The translations under genes and the position numbers were made by a program. The notes beneath the pieces are model-generated. The model made no database searches. It was not told where the DNA came from and saw only the letters and a list, made by a program, of their open reading frames with translations. Shown piece by piece: positions 27,936 to 41,832 of a stretch of DNA of 64,000 nt (positions are counted from its first letter, which is position 1; each line of letters starts with the position of its first letter). Source of the stretch: Octopus vulgaris (lineage: Eukaryota); NCBI GenBank assembly GCA_951406725.2, contig OX597835.1:19096001-19160000 (forward strand), written 5' to 3'.

Positions 27936-28194
27936 GTGAAGGCGCGTGGCTTAGGGGTTAAGGTGTCAGCATTATGATCGTAAGATTGTGGATTCGATAC
28001 CTGGACCGGGCGACGCATTGTGTTCTTGAGCAAAACACTTCATTTCACGTTGCTCCAGTCCACTCAGCTGGCAAAAATGAGTAACGCTGCGATGGACTGT
28101 CCTGTCCAGCTGGGGAACACATACGCCATTGAAAAAGGGAAACCGGGCCCATGAGCCTGGCTAGGCTTTAAAAGGACGCATTTATTTATTTATT
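27936..28194 (+). mobile_element. SINE family D (tRNA head, CORE-like centre, (TTTA)n tail)
   Basis: A-box TGGCTTAGGGG, B-box GATTCGATACC, TGTTCTTGAGCAAAACACTTCATTTCAC; direct repeat TACACTCA. Confidence 0.8.
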
Positions 28195-28832
28195 TACACT
28201 CAACTTTAAGTTAAGCTTGCTTCGCCCTGACGTTTTATTCTGGGGGTTATATTGTGATTTGAGTCAATTGTAATGCAACTGGTGTGAAGCAACGGGACCC
28301 ATTAGGCCTAGGACTCGAGATCAGGAGTTGTTGATCTTCTTCTTCATAATTGTGATGATGATGATGGAGGCGGTGGTGGTGTTGGGGGTGCTGTTGGTCG
28401 TGGTCGTGGTGTTGATGGTGGTGGTGATGATTACGATGATAGTAATGATAAGGATGATTATGTGGATGATGAGGATGACGGTGATGGTGGTGGTGGTGGT
28501 GGTGATGGTGGTGATTGTGATGGTGATGATGATGATGATAATGATGAGGATGATGATGATGAAGGCAGTTGCGCGCCTCTAATTTGATTGCTTCAGCTGT
28601 TCGAAACAGCATTTATATCTCATTTAAAAACACATGCGTGTGTCGAGGATGGGCATGGTAGGAACACATATGATACAATTCTCTGTTTGACCAGGAAGAT
28701 CATTTTCATATACTGACAGGGTAGATAACTGCTCCATTAACGAATGTAGAATCACTGGACTAGATTCGTCTGTAAATTGCAGACCCGTCACAGTGAATAC
28801 TGCATCGCAAAGTGGCTTAGTTAAGTCTGTTA

Positions 28833-28876
<44 letters not shown>

Positions 28877-28889
28877 TATATATACATAC

Positions 28890-28947
<58 letters not shown>

Positions 28948-29100
28948 ACATACATACATACATATATATACATATATATATATATACATATATATAAATA
29001 TATATGTATGTATGTATATATGTATAAATGACAGCCTTATTTACATTATTTATATTATTTACAAAGGACCGATTTTTTTATCGTCATCTTGTTTGTTTTC

Positions 29101-29146
29101 AACACAACGTTTCGGCTAAAATACGCTCCAGCCTTCATCAGGTGTC
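29101..29146 (-). ncRNA. Minimal type I hammerhead ribozyme (Penelope-type)
   Basis: GACAC-CTGATGA-A-GGCTGGAG(CGTA)TTTTAGCC-GAAA-CG-TT-GTGTT; stems I and II pair; stem III is the palindrome ACGT. Confidence 0.75.
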
Positions 29147-29386
29147 TTGGGGAAATTTCGAACCTGGGTTCTCATTCCTAACTAGCCGAAACGTTGTGTT
29201 AACAGCGAACAAGATGAGGACAAATATCCGTCAAATATAAATAACGTAAATAATGTACACAATTCCTCATCTCTTGAATCTAGAACTTTGTGTAAAACAC
29301 AGTTGGTTGAGAGCTGATATGTGTACAAAAATGAAGGGAGCAATACCACCAGAAACTGAAAAAAAAAATTCAAGGAGTATTATATA

Positions 29387-29781
29387 TCTTTATATATAAA
29401 AGTAAGGTTGTGTGTCTGTCTACTCCGATTTAGATTCCCAACTACTCCCACATTTTACGGTGCAGTTTAATCAAAACCGGGTATCTTATAGTCGTAATTC
29501 ATATCGAGCCCTTCTGGGCATTAGCGCGCGGCTACGATGAGTCTACGATTTTAAAAATAAATTACCATAATTTTTTTCCATTTTAATGCATATTTTTTTT
29601 AATATAAGGGAAGTAACTCTCTAAAAATGTCTACGATGAGTCAACGATTTAAAAAAATATTACCATCATATTTTTTCCATTTTTAATGCATTTTTTTGCT
29701 TTCTTTTGGCTATAACTCTCTAAAAATGCTTATATAGTTATTTCCCTTACAAACCCGAGTAACGCCGGGCGATACTGCTAG
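29387..29781 (+). mobile_element. Non-autonomous Helitron
   Basis: A|TC...hairpin...CTAG|T. Confidence 0.88.
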
Positions 29782-30139
29782 TTATATATAATTTTATAAT
29801 TTTATGGTATTGATTATTTCGTGATGTAATTCACATGAAAGTAAAAGAAAATCAGCAGCGTCACTTAAGTGTTTGTAATTTAATGGCTTTTATTTTTCAG
29901 TGTTGTTCCTTGCACGAAAAAAAAAAACCGAAACAAAACAAGGAAACGATAGGTTGGTGTTAAAACATCGAACGTAGTATACATCAATCTGTCAGGCTGG
30001 AAATTGTTACGGTGAAGGAAACATATATATAAATGATATGAGCTCTGTGTATTTTATTATTTTTACAAGTAGGTGAGTGAGATAAGGGTGCATAAGTTCA
30101 CGTAATACAAAAATTTCGTCAGCAGAATATAGGCTTTCC

Positions 30140-30581
30140 GGATCTCTTCGGTTTGACCGGCAGTTTTTTCTAGCGGTGTCATATGAAATTGTCAACCATA
30201 ATTATGAACCTAGTATCGCTCTATTGCATTTCAATCTGTTTTAGAGTTAGGGTTAGTTAGGGTTAGGATTAGTATTAGGGTTAGGTGTGGGGGAAGGGTA
30301 TCTTTTTTTCTTCACAAATGTAAATAAACCCAATCTGTTTCTGAAACGAGGGACATATTCATATGGCACGGAATGTTTTCACCTCAATGGACGTCATTGA
30401 TTGGTTGAAATTGCAGAAATTGAAGAAAAAAACAACCAATATCTTACAAACTATAGAATTTTCTCAATAAAGCCAAGAGAAAAGATGTTTTATAAACACA
30501 TTCTACCAGTATACGAAGTTTAAAAGTGTTTAGTTACGTGGAAATTATTTTAAAAAACTGCCGGTCAAACCGAAAAGATCC
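30140..30581. mobile_element. MITE with GG..CC TIRs, 8-bp TSD and internal TTAGGG tract
   Basis: TIR GGATCTYTTCGGTTTGACCGGCAGTTTTTT; TSD GGCTTTCC (30132-30139, 30582-30589). Confidence 0.92.
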
Positions 30582-30631
30582 GGCTTTCCTCTTTGCTTCA
30601 GATTTGCGAGTTACGCAAAACATAGCTGAAA

Positions 30632-31028
30632 TCTTTATATATAAAAGTGAGGTTGTGTGTCTGTCTCCTACGATTTAGATTCCTAACTACTCCCACATTT
30701 TGCTGTGCAGTTTAACCAAAACCTGGTATCTTATAGTCGTGATTCATATCGAGCTCTTCTGGGTATTAGCGCGCGTCTACGATGAGTCTACGATTTTTAA
30801 AAAAATTACCATAATATTTTTCCATTTTAATGCATTTTTTCGCTATTATATCAGAGAAGTAACTCTCTAAAAATGTCTACGATGAGTCAACGATTTAAAA
30901 AAAAAATTGCCATCATTTTATTCCCATTTTTAATGCATACTTTTGCTATTTTTTGGCTATAACTCTCTAAAAATGCTTATATAGTTATTTCCCTTACAAA
31001 CCCGAGCAACGCCGGGCGATACTGCTAG
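30632..31028 (+). mobile_element. Non-autonomous Helitron
   Basis: A|TC...CCCGAGCAACGCCGGG...CTAG|T. Confidence 0.88.
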
Positions 31029-31555
31029 TATATATATATAATAATATGCATATAAGGAGCTAGACATACTTAGTATTTGATGGCATATTTAACATTAAAC
31101 TATTTACTTCGTTAATGTCTTTTTCTCTCTCAAGATGTGCACTTGTAATAAAACACTAGATTTCTCAGTTAAACATTTTAACATTCATATGGTTGGCATC
31201 GATGAGTTAATACAATCAATCAATTTTCGTTTATGTATGCTACTCATCTCATCCACTTTGAAATAGAATTGCACATCAACTTTGTTAATCTCATATATCA
31301 TTATCGAAAATTATATGACGGCAATACGATGATGAGGAGGTGTAATAAGGCCAAAATATTTTCCAAGTTGTCTGATGAACTTGATAGTCTGACTAAACTA
31401 ATATTTTCAACGAACTAATTTTGCCTTCTCCATACAGTAAAATAGTTTATACTGGTACTTATTTTATCACCCTCGAAATGATGAAATGCAAAGTCAACCT
31501 CGGCAGAATTTGAATTTACAACGTAGACTGTCGAAATACTACAAAGATACTTCTC

Positions 31556-32007
31556 GGATCTTTTCTGTTTGAACGGCAGTTTTTTTCTAACGGTGTCATA
31601 TGAAATTGTCACCCATAATTATGACCCTGCTATCGATCTATTGCATTTCAATCTGTTTTAGGGTTAGGGTTAGTTAGGGTTAGTTAGGGTTAGGGTTAGG
31701 GTTAGGGGTGGGGAGAAGGGTATCTTTTTTTCTTCACAAATGTAAATAAACCCAATCTGTTTCTGAAACGAGGGACATATTCATACGGCACAGAATGATT
31801 TTTTATCTCAATGGACGTCATTGACTGGTTGAAATTGCAGAAATTGAAGAAAAAAAAACAACAAATATCTTGCAAACGATAGACTGTTCTCAATAAAGCA
31901 AGAGAAAAAGATGTTTTATAAACACATTCTACCAGTATACGAAATTTAAAATTATTTTAGTTACCTAGAAATTATGTTAAAAACTGCCGTTCAAACCGAA
32001 AAGATCC
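31556..32007. mobile_element. MITE with GG..CC TIRs, 8-bp TSD and internal TTAGGG tract
   Basis: Same family as 30140; TSD TACTTCTC (31548-31555, 32008-32015). Confidence 0.92.
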
Positions 32008-32615
32008 TACTTCTCCGCCTAAAAAGGTAAACTTCTTTCAACGCATTTTTATGAAATATTTTTCTAGGAAACCAAGCAGCAGTGTAATGTAGAAATTCAT
32101 TCAGAGAATTGAACTTAGGACTCATGAGATGTTTATTGCAGGAGTATCGTGGGTTTTAAACTGCGTACATTTTCTAATAACTAATGTGAGTATGCTAATG
32201 CATATCTATATGTATAAGAGTATGCATGTGAGTGTACGAATGTGTGTGTGTGTGTGAGGAAGAAGAGAGGACACGGACGAATACACAGAAAGCAATACAT
32301 GCGGAGAGAACCGGAACGAGGGGGTGAAGAGCAAAGACAAGGAGAGTGAGAGAGAGAGAGAGATGGCGAAAGGCAGCGAGAGATTGAAAGAGAAATACTT
32401 TCTTGCTAGTGTGTGTATGTGTATCTGTGTCTGTGTGTGTGTTTATGAGCATATGTGTGAGTGTCTGTGTGTATATATATATATATACACACACAAATAT
32501 GTGCATCTGTATATATACACCCACATACTATATATATATATATATATACGCATATATAATATATATATACATACACAAATATGTACATGTGTATATATAC
32601 ACACACATACTATAT

Positions 32616-32647
<32 letters not shown>

Positions 32648-32712
32648 CGCATATATATATATATATATATATACATACACAAATATGTACATGTGTATAT
32701 ATACACACACAT

Positions 32713-32767
<55 letters not shown>

Positions 32768-33534
32768 TGCGCTCGAGCAAACGCACACATATTGAGAGAG
32801 GCAGAGAAGCATTTATTGAAGATAAGATTTCACAAAAGACGGTCAGTGAATCAGTGGAGTTGACCTCGACTGAAATAAACAAGTGACCCGTAAGCAGGCT
32901 ATTTTGTCAGCTGACCACTATTAAGAGAACAATTATGGCTGAAAATACCGGCGCCTCGAGATTTTACGAGATTTTACAAACTTTCTTCTCTCATCGACGT
33001 AGCCAGAAAGTTTTTACGCCACCAAAGCCGTCGCTTCATTTGCCTCGCCGCCTTAAACGCCGTTCCGGCCATACCAACCCCACTCCCAACCGAACTCTCC
33101 ATCGCCAACGACCAGCCGCGGCACTGTTCTCTTCTGCATCACCACTACCACCACTACCATAACTACAATCACCCTCATTATCATCATCATCATCATTTTC
33201 ATCATCATCATCATCATCATCATCATCGTCATCATCATCATCATCGTCAACATCATCATCATCATCATCATCATCATCACTTCACTCGTTGATTACTTCG
33301 TTCTGCTCTTAAGTTCTTCCGTGTCCCCTTTTATTTTCCGTCCTTCCTCACCGCCAACCCCCGCTCCAGCCCCTGTTTCTGTTCTTCACAACCAGCAAAA
33401 TCCTATCCCCAAACAGCACCAATCCCAACATCAATACATCAACCACCACCACCACCACCACCAGCAACAGCACCACCACTACCACCACCAACAACAACAC
33501 CACTACTACTACCATAACCAACTCAACCACAACA

Positions 33535-33589
<55 letters not shown>

Positions 33590-33593
33590 ATAC

Positions 33594-33625
<32 letters not shown>

Positions 33626-33735
33626 ACACCACCACCACCACCACTGCTACTACTACTACTAACACGACGACCACCACCACCACCACCACAACGACCACTA
33701 CTACTACTACTATTACTACTACTTCTACTAGCACC

Positions 33736-33773
<38 letters not shown>

Positions 33774-34251
33774 AATTAGCACAGCTATGACCAGCAGCCT
33801 CAGCTCCGTCCCCCATCGCTATTTCCTTCGAACAGCTCTTCTCTCCAGTTCTTTTCTAACGCCAACACTACCTCCATCGTCATCGTTATCACAACCACCA
33901 CCACCACCACCACCACCACCACCACCTCAACAACCGTCCAACATCACTACCGGCGCCAGCTACCAACAGTGCCACCGCATCAGCCTCAACCGCCACCGTC
34001 ACCGCCACCACCACCACCACCACCACCACTACCAACACAAACACGACAAGCACCACTATTTACTTCGCGCTTCATGAAACAGGGAAAGAAAATTTTATGT
34101 GTTCATTCGATGTGCTAGAAATAACAGTCAACTCTCTCCTTAAAATATTATCTAACTTTACAGTTCGAACACTTGGTTAAGTTCTTTCCTGCGTTCGATC
34201 CTTGCCTGGGGTAAAAAAGAACGGAATAGTCATGCCAGAAATGACTTTGAC

Positions 34252-34434
34252 TCTTTTACTTGTTTTAGTCATATGACTGCGGCTATGTTGGAGCACCGCC
34301 TTTAGTCGACCAAATCGACCCCAGGAATTACTCTTTGGAAGCCTAGTACTTATTCTATCGGTGTCTTTTTGTCGAACCGCTAGTTACGAGGACGGTTGTC
34401 AAGCGATGTTGGGGGAACAAAAACAGACTCACAA

Positions 34435-34521
<87 letters not shown>

Positions 34522-34692
34522 CATATATACGACAGGCTTCTTTCAGTTTCCGTCTACCAAATCCACTCAAAATGCATTAGTCGGCCCGAGACTATAGTAG
34601 AAAACACTAGCCCAAGGGGCCACGCAGTGGGACTGAACCCGGAGCCATGTGGTTGGTAAGCACACTACTCACGACACAGCCACTCCCACGCC
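34252..34692 (-). mobile_element. SINE family B, full length, flanked by 106-bp direct repeats
   Basis: Reverse complement of family B; flanks 34146-34251 and 34693-34798 align. Confidence 0.9.
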
Positions 34693-36357
34693 TATTATCT
34701 AACTTTACAATTCGAACACATGGTTAATGTCTTCATGCGTTCGATCCTTGCCTGGGGAAAAAACAGAACGGAATAGTCGTGGCAAAAATGACTTTGACCA
34801 TTAGGTTTCTTGATCACACATGACCTAGGGCTAAAAAAACTGCAACAACAAGAAAAACAACAGCAACAACAACAACATAAAGGTTTGTGTTCCAAACCTC
34901 TCTCTGTGCCTCTCCCCCTATCTTCTCATGGACCTTCTGTACCCCAAAGTTAACTGTATCATCACCGTTAACATCCCCATAACAACAGTGCCACACATAT
35001 CCCTAATGCCTCGTTCGGCACCCTTCTCTCTCTCTCTCTCTCTCTCTTCATTTATCTATCTATATCTCAGTCCCTCTCTCTCTCTCTCTCGCTCTTTCTA
35101 TCCTCTCACCCTCCTTCATGCTAATGCATACATACATGTACACACACATATGCTCTCCCACCACTTTTACGATGACCATCTTTGCTCTTTCCTAATCTTG
35201 CTCCGCCAGCTTTTCTTGCACATAGGCAAGTTTCTGCACTGGTAAACACTACGGCTGGCTGATTGCAAAGTTTTCTATATGTAATAGTGTTCCAGTGTTA
35301 TGATCTCAACTACATTCTGCTATTATGAATGTAGGCCCAGCACAATTGTTATGCATATAGAAGCAATTTATCATGAACGCATCATGCATATGTGCGCACT
35401 CAGATTATTCTATGTGCAACGGCATTTTCGTGTTGAGAAAATTTTGGTTCAATTGCGTCGTGTTTGAAATAGCGGAGGCGGTGACAGTGATGTGTGTGTG
35501 TGTGTGTGTATGCGTTTGTGTATATGTGAGCGTGTGTGTGTATGTGATCGTGTGTGTGTGTGTGTGTGTATGTGTGTGTGTGTGTGCATATGTTGTACGC
35601 GCGTTTGTGCAGTAATGTTGCGTGTGGAGGTGTTCGTGGTGAGCGAGGAAGTTAACAAGAATCAAACAACGGATTGCCTCTTGAACTTTGGTGTGGTGTT
35701 GGCATGTACGTTGGGCGATCGGGTATATAAGGAGGATCGGGTACGGGTATGTGCGTGGAGGTAGTGTTTTTATTATCTTAATTCTTCGATGCAATAGGAT
35801 GATGGCTGTTCTGGAGAAAGTAATTTACAGCATCATTTGAATAATGGCTCAGGCAGCGTGTGGGTTTTGGGGGTTGGTGAATGCAGAGGTAATATCGGGT
35901 GTGGAGTGTTGGGGGGATATAATATTGATTGCTGTTGGTGTTGGTGTTCTTGTCGGTGGGATGGTGGGGGTTTTGTTATTTGGGTTTTGGTGTGGGTTTG
36001 GCTGACACTGTGCGTATAAGTACTGTTACGTTAAAAATATGCTACGGTACGCTAGATTACGGAACCGAAACTCGCATTCATATAACAGAATAGAAAAAGA
36101 GAAACAAAAAAAATGAGGCATATGCAAAGTGACATTTACACAGAAAGAGGGAGGGAGGCAGTGTGTGAGTGACGTTGAATGTGTGTGTGTGTGTGTGTGA
36201 GACAGTGAGAGGGAGAGAGAGAGAAGAACAGAGAGATTTCTATATAAATAAAGAGATAGGGGTGTTACGATAAACAGATGGAGAAAAAAATCAACTATGA
36301 TTTTATATATATATATATATGTGTGTGTATGTATGTATGGATGTATGTATATTTATG

Positions 36358-36422
<65 letters not shown>

Positions 36423-36526
36423 ATGCATGTATATATCTATATGTATATGTATGTATGATTGTATGCATGTATGTATGTATATATATATACGTATGTATGT
36501 ATACATATATATATTTATACATATAC

Positions 36527-36593
<67 letters not shown>

Positions 36594-37225
36594 AGCTTGT
36601 ATGTATATATGTATGTGTGTATATTTGTGTGGTGAGACAGAGAGAGGAAGAGAACGATGAATGCATATTTATATACTTAGAACTGTATATTGCATATGAG
36701 CTTTGTATACTTACATATGTATGTGAGTAAATGCGTATCTACACATCTAAATACGCATACAGACACATAGACACGCATACACACATTCAGACGCACATAC
36801 ACCCACACACATATGTATCTATGTATATATATAAATATATACGAAAACCTAAAAAAAGGTTGAAAACACGTTTTGGGTAACGATGTGGAAGAGAGGATAT
36901 TGTCAGAAACCTAAATGGTGCTACATCAAATGTACTACTAAGAATATTGCAAATATATAAATAATAACTAAGAAATATGAATGGAAAAATTTTCCCCCAA
37001 AATTTAAACCGACGGGAATAAATAGCTCTTTCCACCAAATTCTTCCTTCATGTTGAAAAAAAATAGCTTATTCTATAATGAAATAGAAATTCTAGAAACT
37101 GGCGAGATAAGAAATTGTTGGACTAACGAAAAGACGAACGGAGAATCAACATTATTATATACATAAACAGACATTAGTACATAGATATATAAACATTAGT
37201 GTGTGTGCTTGTGTGTGTATATATA

Positions 37226-37314
<89 letters not shown>

Positions 37315-37401
37315 GATATGTAAAAAAAATACAAACTGTGACAAGAACGCATAACACTTAGAATGTATATATATATGTATATATATGTATATATATATAT
37401 G

Positions 37402-37473
<72 letters not shown>

Positions 37474-37508
37474 TAGTACATAGATATATAAACATTAGTG
37501 TGTGTGTT

Positions 37509-37554
<46 letters not shown>

Positions 37555-38005
37555 CCTGAATACATGTATGTAGGCGTATGTATGTATCGATGCGTGTTTA
37601 TATACATATATGTGTGCGTGGATATATGCGTGTATTCACGACATACGAAACGTGAAATTGTATGCAAATATAAATCTAATAGTATGCTGTAGAATTTCGT
37701 TGGAGGAAAAGATAAAACTCAATTATTTCAGAAAGATTGCAATGAAAATATAACGAGCTCCGTCTAGAGAAAAAAAATTACCAAATTTGGAGAAAAACAG
37801 CGGACAAGCCCTGTACAAGGAGACATACCTAAATTTATGTAAACACAGATCTCACACACGCGCGCACTCACATACACACTCACATACACACACACATACA
37901 CATACACACACACAAACGCACATATACACACACAAACACCAACAAACGCACATACACGCACACACACACACAAACGCACATACATTCATATTAAGAAATT
38001 CAAAT

Positions 38006-38057
<52 letters not shown>

Positions 38058-38192
38058 TCACATAACAAATATACATATTTATCACCTAGTTTGTGTATAT
38101 AAATGCGTACATACGTAAATGCTGCCGGAAATGATTCTTGAAACACTTAATATACAAACTAAGTCGTTAACCATATGGTACATACATACATG

Positions 38193-38259
<67 letters not shown>

Positions 38260-38309
38260 GGGCGAGAGCAGGGGAAAGATATATGTATCTATATATACGT
38301 ACTTGACTC

Positions 38310-38605
38310 TACTTCTCAGCACCACCATTCTCACAGGCACCAATCATCGGCCCCTATCACAACACCTGCTCCTTTGCTTCCACTCCTAGTAGCCTCATTT
38401 ACTGCATTTCCTGAACTTTCTGTCCTTCCTTCTACATCGGTCAAACGAGACGCCGCTAGGACGACCGGGTCGCGTCGCAGTCCGAGACATCAGACTAGGC
38501 AATGACATCCCGGTCTTACACCATTTCTCATCAGCCGGTCATTCACTACATCTGTCTGTCTTTGGGCTGTTTTTGCACAGGGGCTATCAGGACTCCTACC
38601 CTCAA
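38310..38605 (+). pseudogene. Decayed GIY-YIG endonuclease fragment of a Penelope-like retroelement
   Basis: With frameshifts and stops it reads SSLIYCIS..FCPSFYIGQTRRR..DR....VRDIRLGNDIPVLHHFSSAGHSLHLSVFGL, matching the PLE pattern LIYxIxCxxC..YIGxT.R.L..R..EH......V..HF....H. Confidence 0.75.
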
Positions 38606-38689
38606 TTCCTTTTATTACAGAATTTGACTATTGTTTCATCGACATATTATTAGAAACGCATTGCTATGTTATTATCATCATCATCATCA

Positions 38690-38799
<110 letters not shown>

Positions 38800-39172
38800 G
38801 TAACAGTACATGGTATCGCTATTATCATACTAATAACGCAAACACATCGACTCATTACGTTCATGTATAAAATCAGCTTGCTCCATGGACTTGTGCTTTA
38901 AAATATATATACCTTTGGTTATTGTCACTCTCATACGCTCAATGATGCATCCTATATTGTATAGCCTATCTTCAAAGATATCGCGAAGAAAGGTTTGTTG
39001 GCTTACACGACGAATATCATAAATCAGCACTTTGAGAGAGCAGGATGTATAGTTTAAAAGAAATATATGACAAGTGAAATTCGAACAATGACAATTCGCG
39101 GATGATCTCTAATAATCTTGCTGATATTAAATACATTTCGAGCTATCACAAAAAACAGCAACAACAAGAAAG

Positions 39173-39248
<76 letters not shown>

Positions 39249-39342
39249 TAATAATGATGATGATGATGATAATGATGAAGATGATGATGATGATGATGAT
39301 GATATTAATAATAATAATAAAAATAATAATAATAACAACAAC

Positions 39343-39402
<60 letters not shown>

Positions 39403-40213
39403 CCTTTCGACTATAGGCACAATGCCTGAAATTTTGGGGAGGGCCAGTCGATTTGATTTCCACCATTACCGATTGCCGATTTCCACCGGCAGAATGTGAA
39501 CTCAGAATGCATAGATGAACGAAATGCATTCTAACTGTTGTAAGAGTTTAATCTCTTAGAATAAATAACATTAAGTCTGGTAGTAGTAATAAGAGTAGAG
39601 AAACCAAACAAAGAACAGTGAATAAATATAATTGTAGAAACAAATTTGTGTGTCCTCTTGGAAGTAAATGTCTCCGTATAAATATGGCATAGATATGTAC
39701 TGTCCAGATTCAAGCAACAAATTAGTGTTTATAGGCCCAAACACTGTTTTTATTTTTCAATAATCGATGATATAACACCGTTGCATAATGCAAAAGTATG
39801 CATCAAAGTACAATCTAATATGGAATCGAAGAAACATACGCTATAGCTAAGTATTTCCAGGTCCGTGATGGAAAAATAATGACCAATATATGGCGAATTC
39901 CAAATTATGCAATATTTATTTTTAGAGGAGACTTTCGTTCTATTACTATCCCCAAAAGATGAATTAATAAGCGCTGAGAGCTTATTATGATGTATCGTTA
40001 GAATTATAGAAAATTATTCATGAAAAACAGGGGAAAATATAAAATGGAAAAGGAGTAATTAATGTTGTAGCATATAAAATTCCTTTCGGCGAACGTCTGA
40101 AAGGCATTTCTATTTAAATATTTGGAATATAGCCTAAAATATAAATGGTTAATGTGTTTCAAACAGTTATACCACAGTATAATAATTCGATTTTGGCTAC
40201 ATGTAATAAATGT

Positions 40214-40387
40214 AGGCGCAGGAGTAGCTGTGTGGTAAGTAGCTTGCTAACCAACCACATGGTTCCGGGTTCAGTCCCACTACGTGGCATCTTGGGCAAG
40301 TGTCTTCTGCTATAGCCCCGGGCCGACCAATGCCTTGTGAGTAGATTTGGTAGATGGAAACTGAAAGAAGCCTGTCGTATATATGTA

Positions 40388-40439
<52 letters not shown>

Positions 40440-40641
40440 TGTGTGTGTTTGTGTGTCTGTATTATAACCGATGCTGGTGTGTTTACGTCCCCGTCACTTA
40501 GCGGTTCGGCAAAAAGAGACCGATAGAATAAGTACTGGGCTTACAAAAAGAATAAGTCCCGGGGTCCAGTTGCTCGACTAAAGGCGGTGCTCCAGCATGG
40601 CCGCAGTAAAATGACTGAAACAAGTAAAAGAGTAAAAGAGT
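40214..40641 (+). mobile_element. SINE family B, full length
   Basis: GGCGCAGGAGTAGCTGTGTGG head through GTAAAAGAGTAAAAGAG tail. Confidence 0.9.
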
Positions 40642-40897
40642 GAAGAATAACTCCCAATAACTCTGTGTATATACATATCTGTGTGTGTGTGTGTGTGTGT
40701 GCTTGTGTGTTTGTGTGTATGTGTGTGAGTGTGTGTATGTGTGTGTCTGTGTATTTATATAGGTGTGTATATATGTTTGTGGTACATTTAAGATTGTACA
40801 TTTATATAAACATTCAGGATTGTCTAAAACTGCATTTCGGCATGACTGCGTGAATAGTTATATGTATATTTGCGTGAAAATGTATGTCTTTCTGTGC

Positions 40898-40963
<66 letters not shown>

Positions 40964-40972
40964 ATATATATA

Positions 40973-41009
<37 letters not shown>

Positions 41010-41070
41010 ATCTATCTATCTATCCATCTATCTATATATATATATATATATATTTATCTATCTATCTATC

Positions 41071-41169
<99 letters not shown>

Positions 41170-41510
41170 TGGACCCTGATTATAAAGTATTACTTAAGCT
41201 TACCATGATATTGTCCTTTTCATGCCGAATTCTACTTGGTGAAATTACTGATTACTTCTTAATTAATTAATTTCACCCTTTGCTATTATTGATAATGGAA
41301 TTTTTCTCCCAGATAAAAAAAAAAACTACAGTTTCTCTCTGTAGCATCTTGCTTGGCAACATGCTGGTGGGCGAGGGAGGATGACTTACTCTCATTCGTT
41401 TTTGAATTTGGCGGCACTAGCAGGGAATATGATCTCTCTGATACCGTTAGGTGAAGAGATATTTTCAAGTGCCTTCAAATTTAATATGTAATAATTTATA
41501 ATTGAGAAAT

Positions 41511-41603
41511 CCCACGCTGAGGAGCCGAAAATGGTCGGGTAAGGTATAATTATTTATTATTTATGCTTTATACTGATCTAATTCCGAAACGTACGTCCGT
41601 GGG
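41511..41603 (+). ncRNA. Type I hammerhead ribozyme with extended stem II
   Basis: CCCACG-CTGAGGA-G...(62-nt stem-loop II)...C-GAAA-CGTAC-GTC-CGTGGG; perfect 6-bp stem I, intact core, GUC cleavage triplet ending at 41597. Confidence 0.8.
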
Positions 41604-41782
41604 TAACCTAATATAGAATGATTTTCGTCATTTTTCCCTTTTACCTGCGTGGTTTGCTTTCAAGTGCTTTGGTTTTTCTGGGAACCCCCTTTAAAGTAGA
41701 AGGAATAGCTAAGATTTTTTGACTGCTATTTCTAAACTTCGGTATGTGGTGAAGCAAATCATTGCTGAACCCTAATTATAAA

Positions 41783-41832
<50 letters not shown>

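Noticed and set aside
31657-31706. Telomere or chromosome fusion site
   Set aside because: The TTAGGG tract is short and internal to a TIR element with a TSD.
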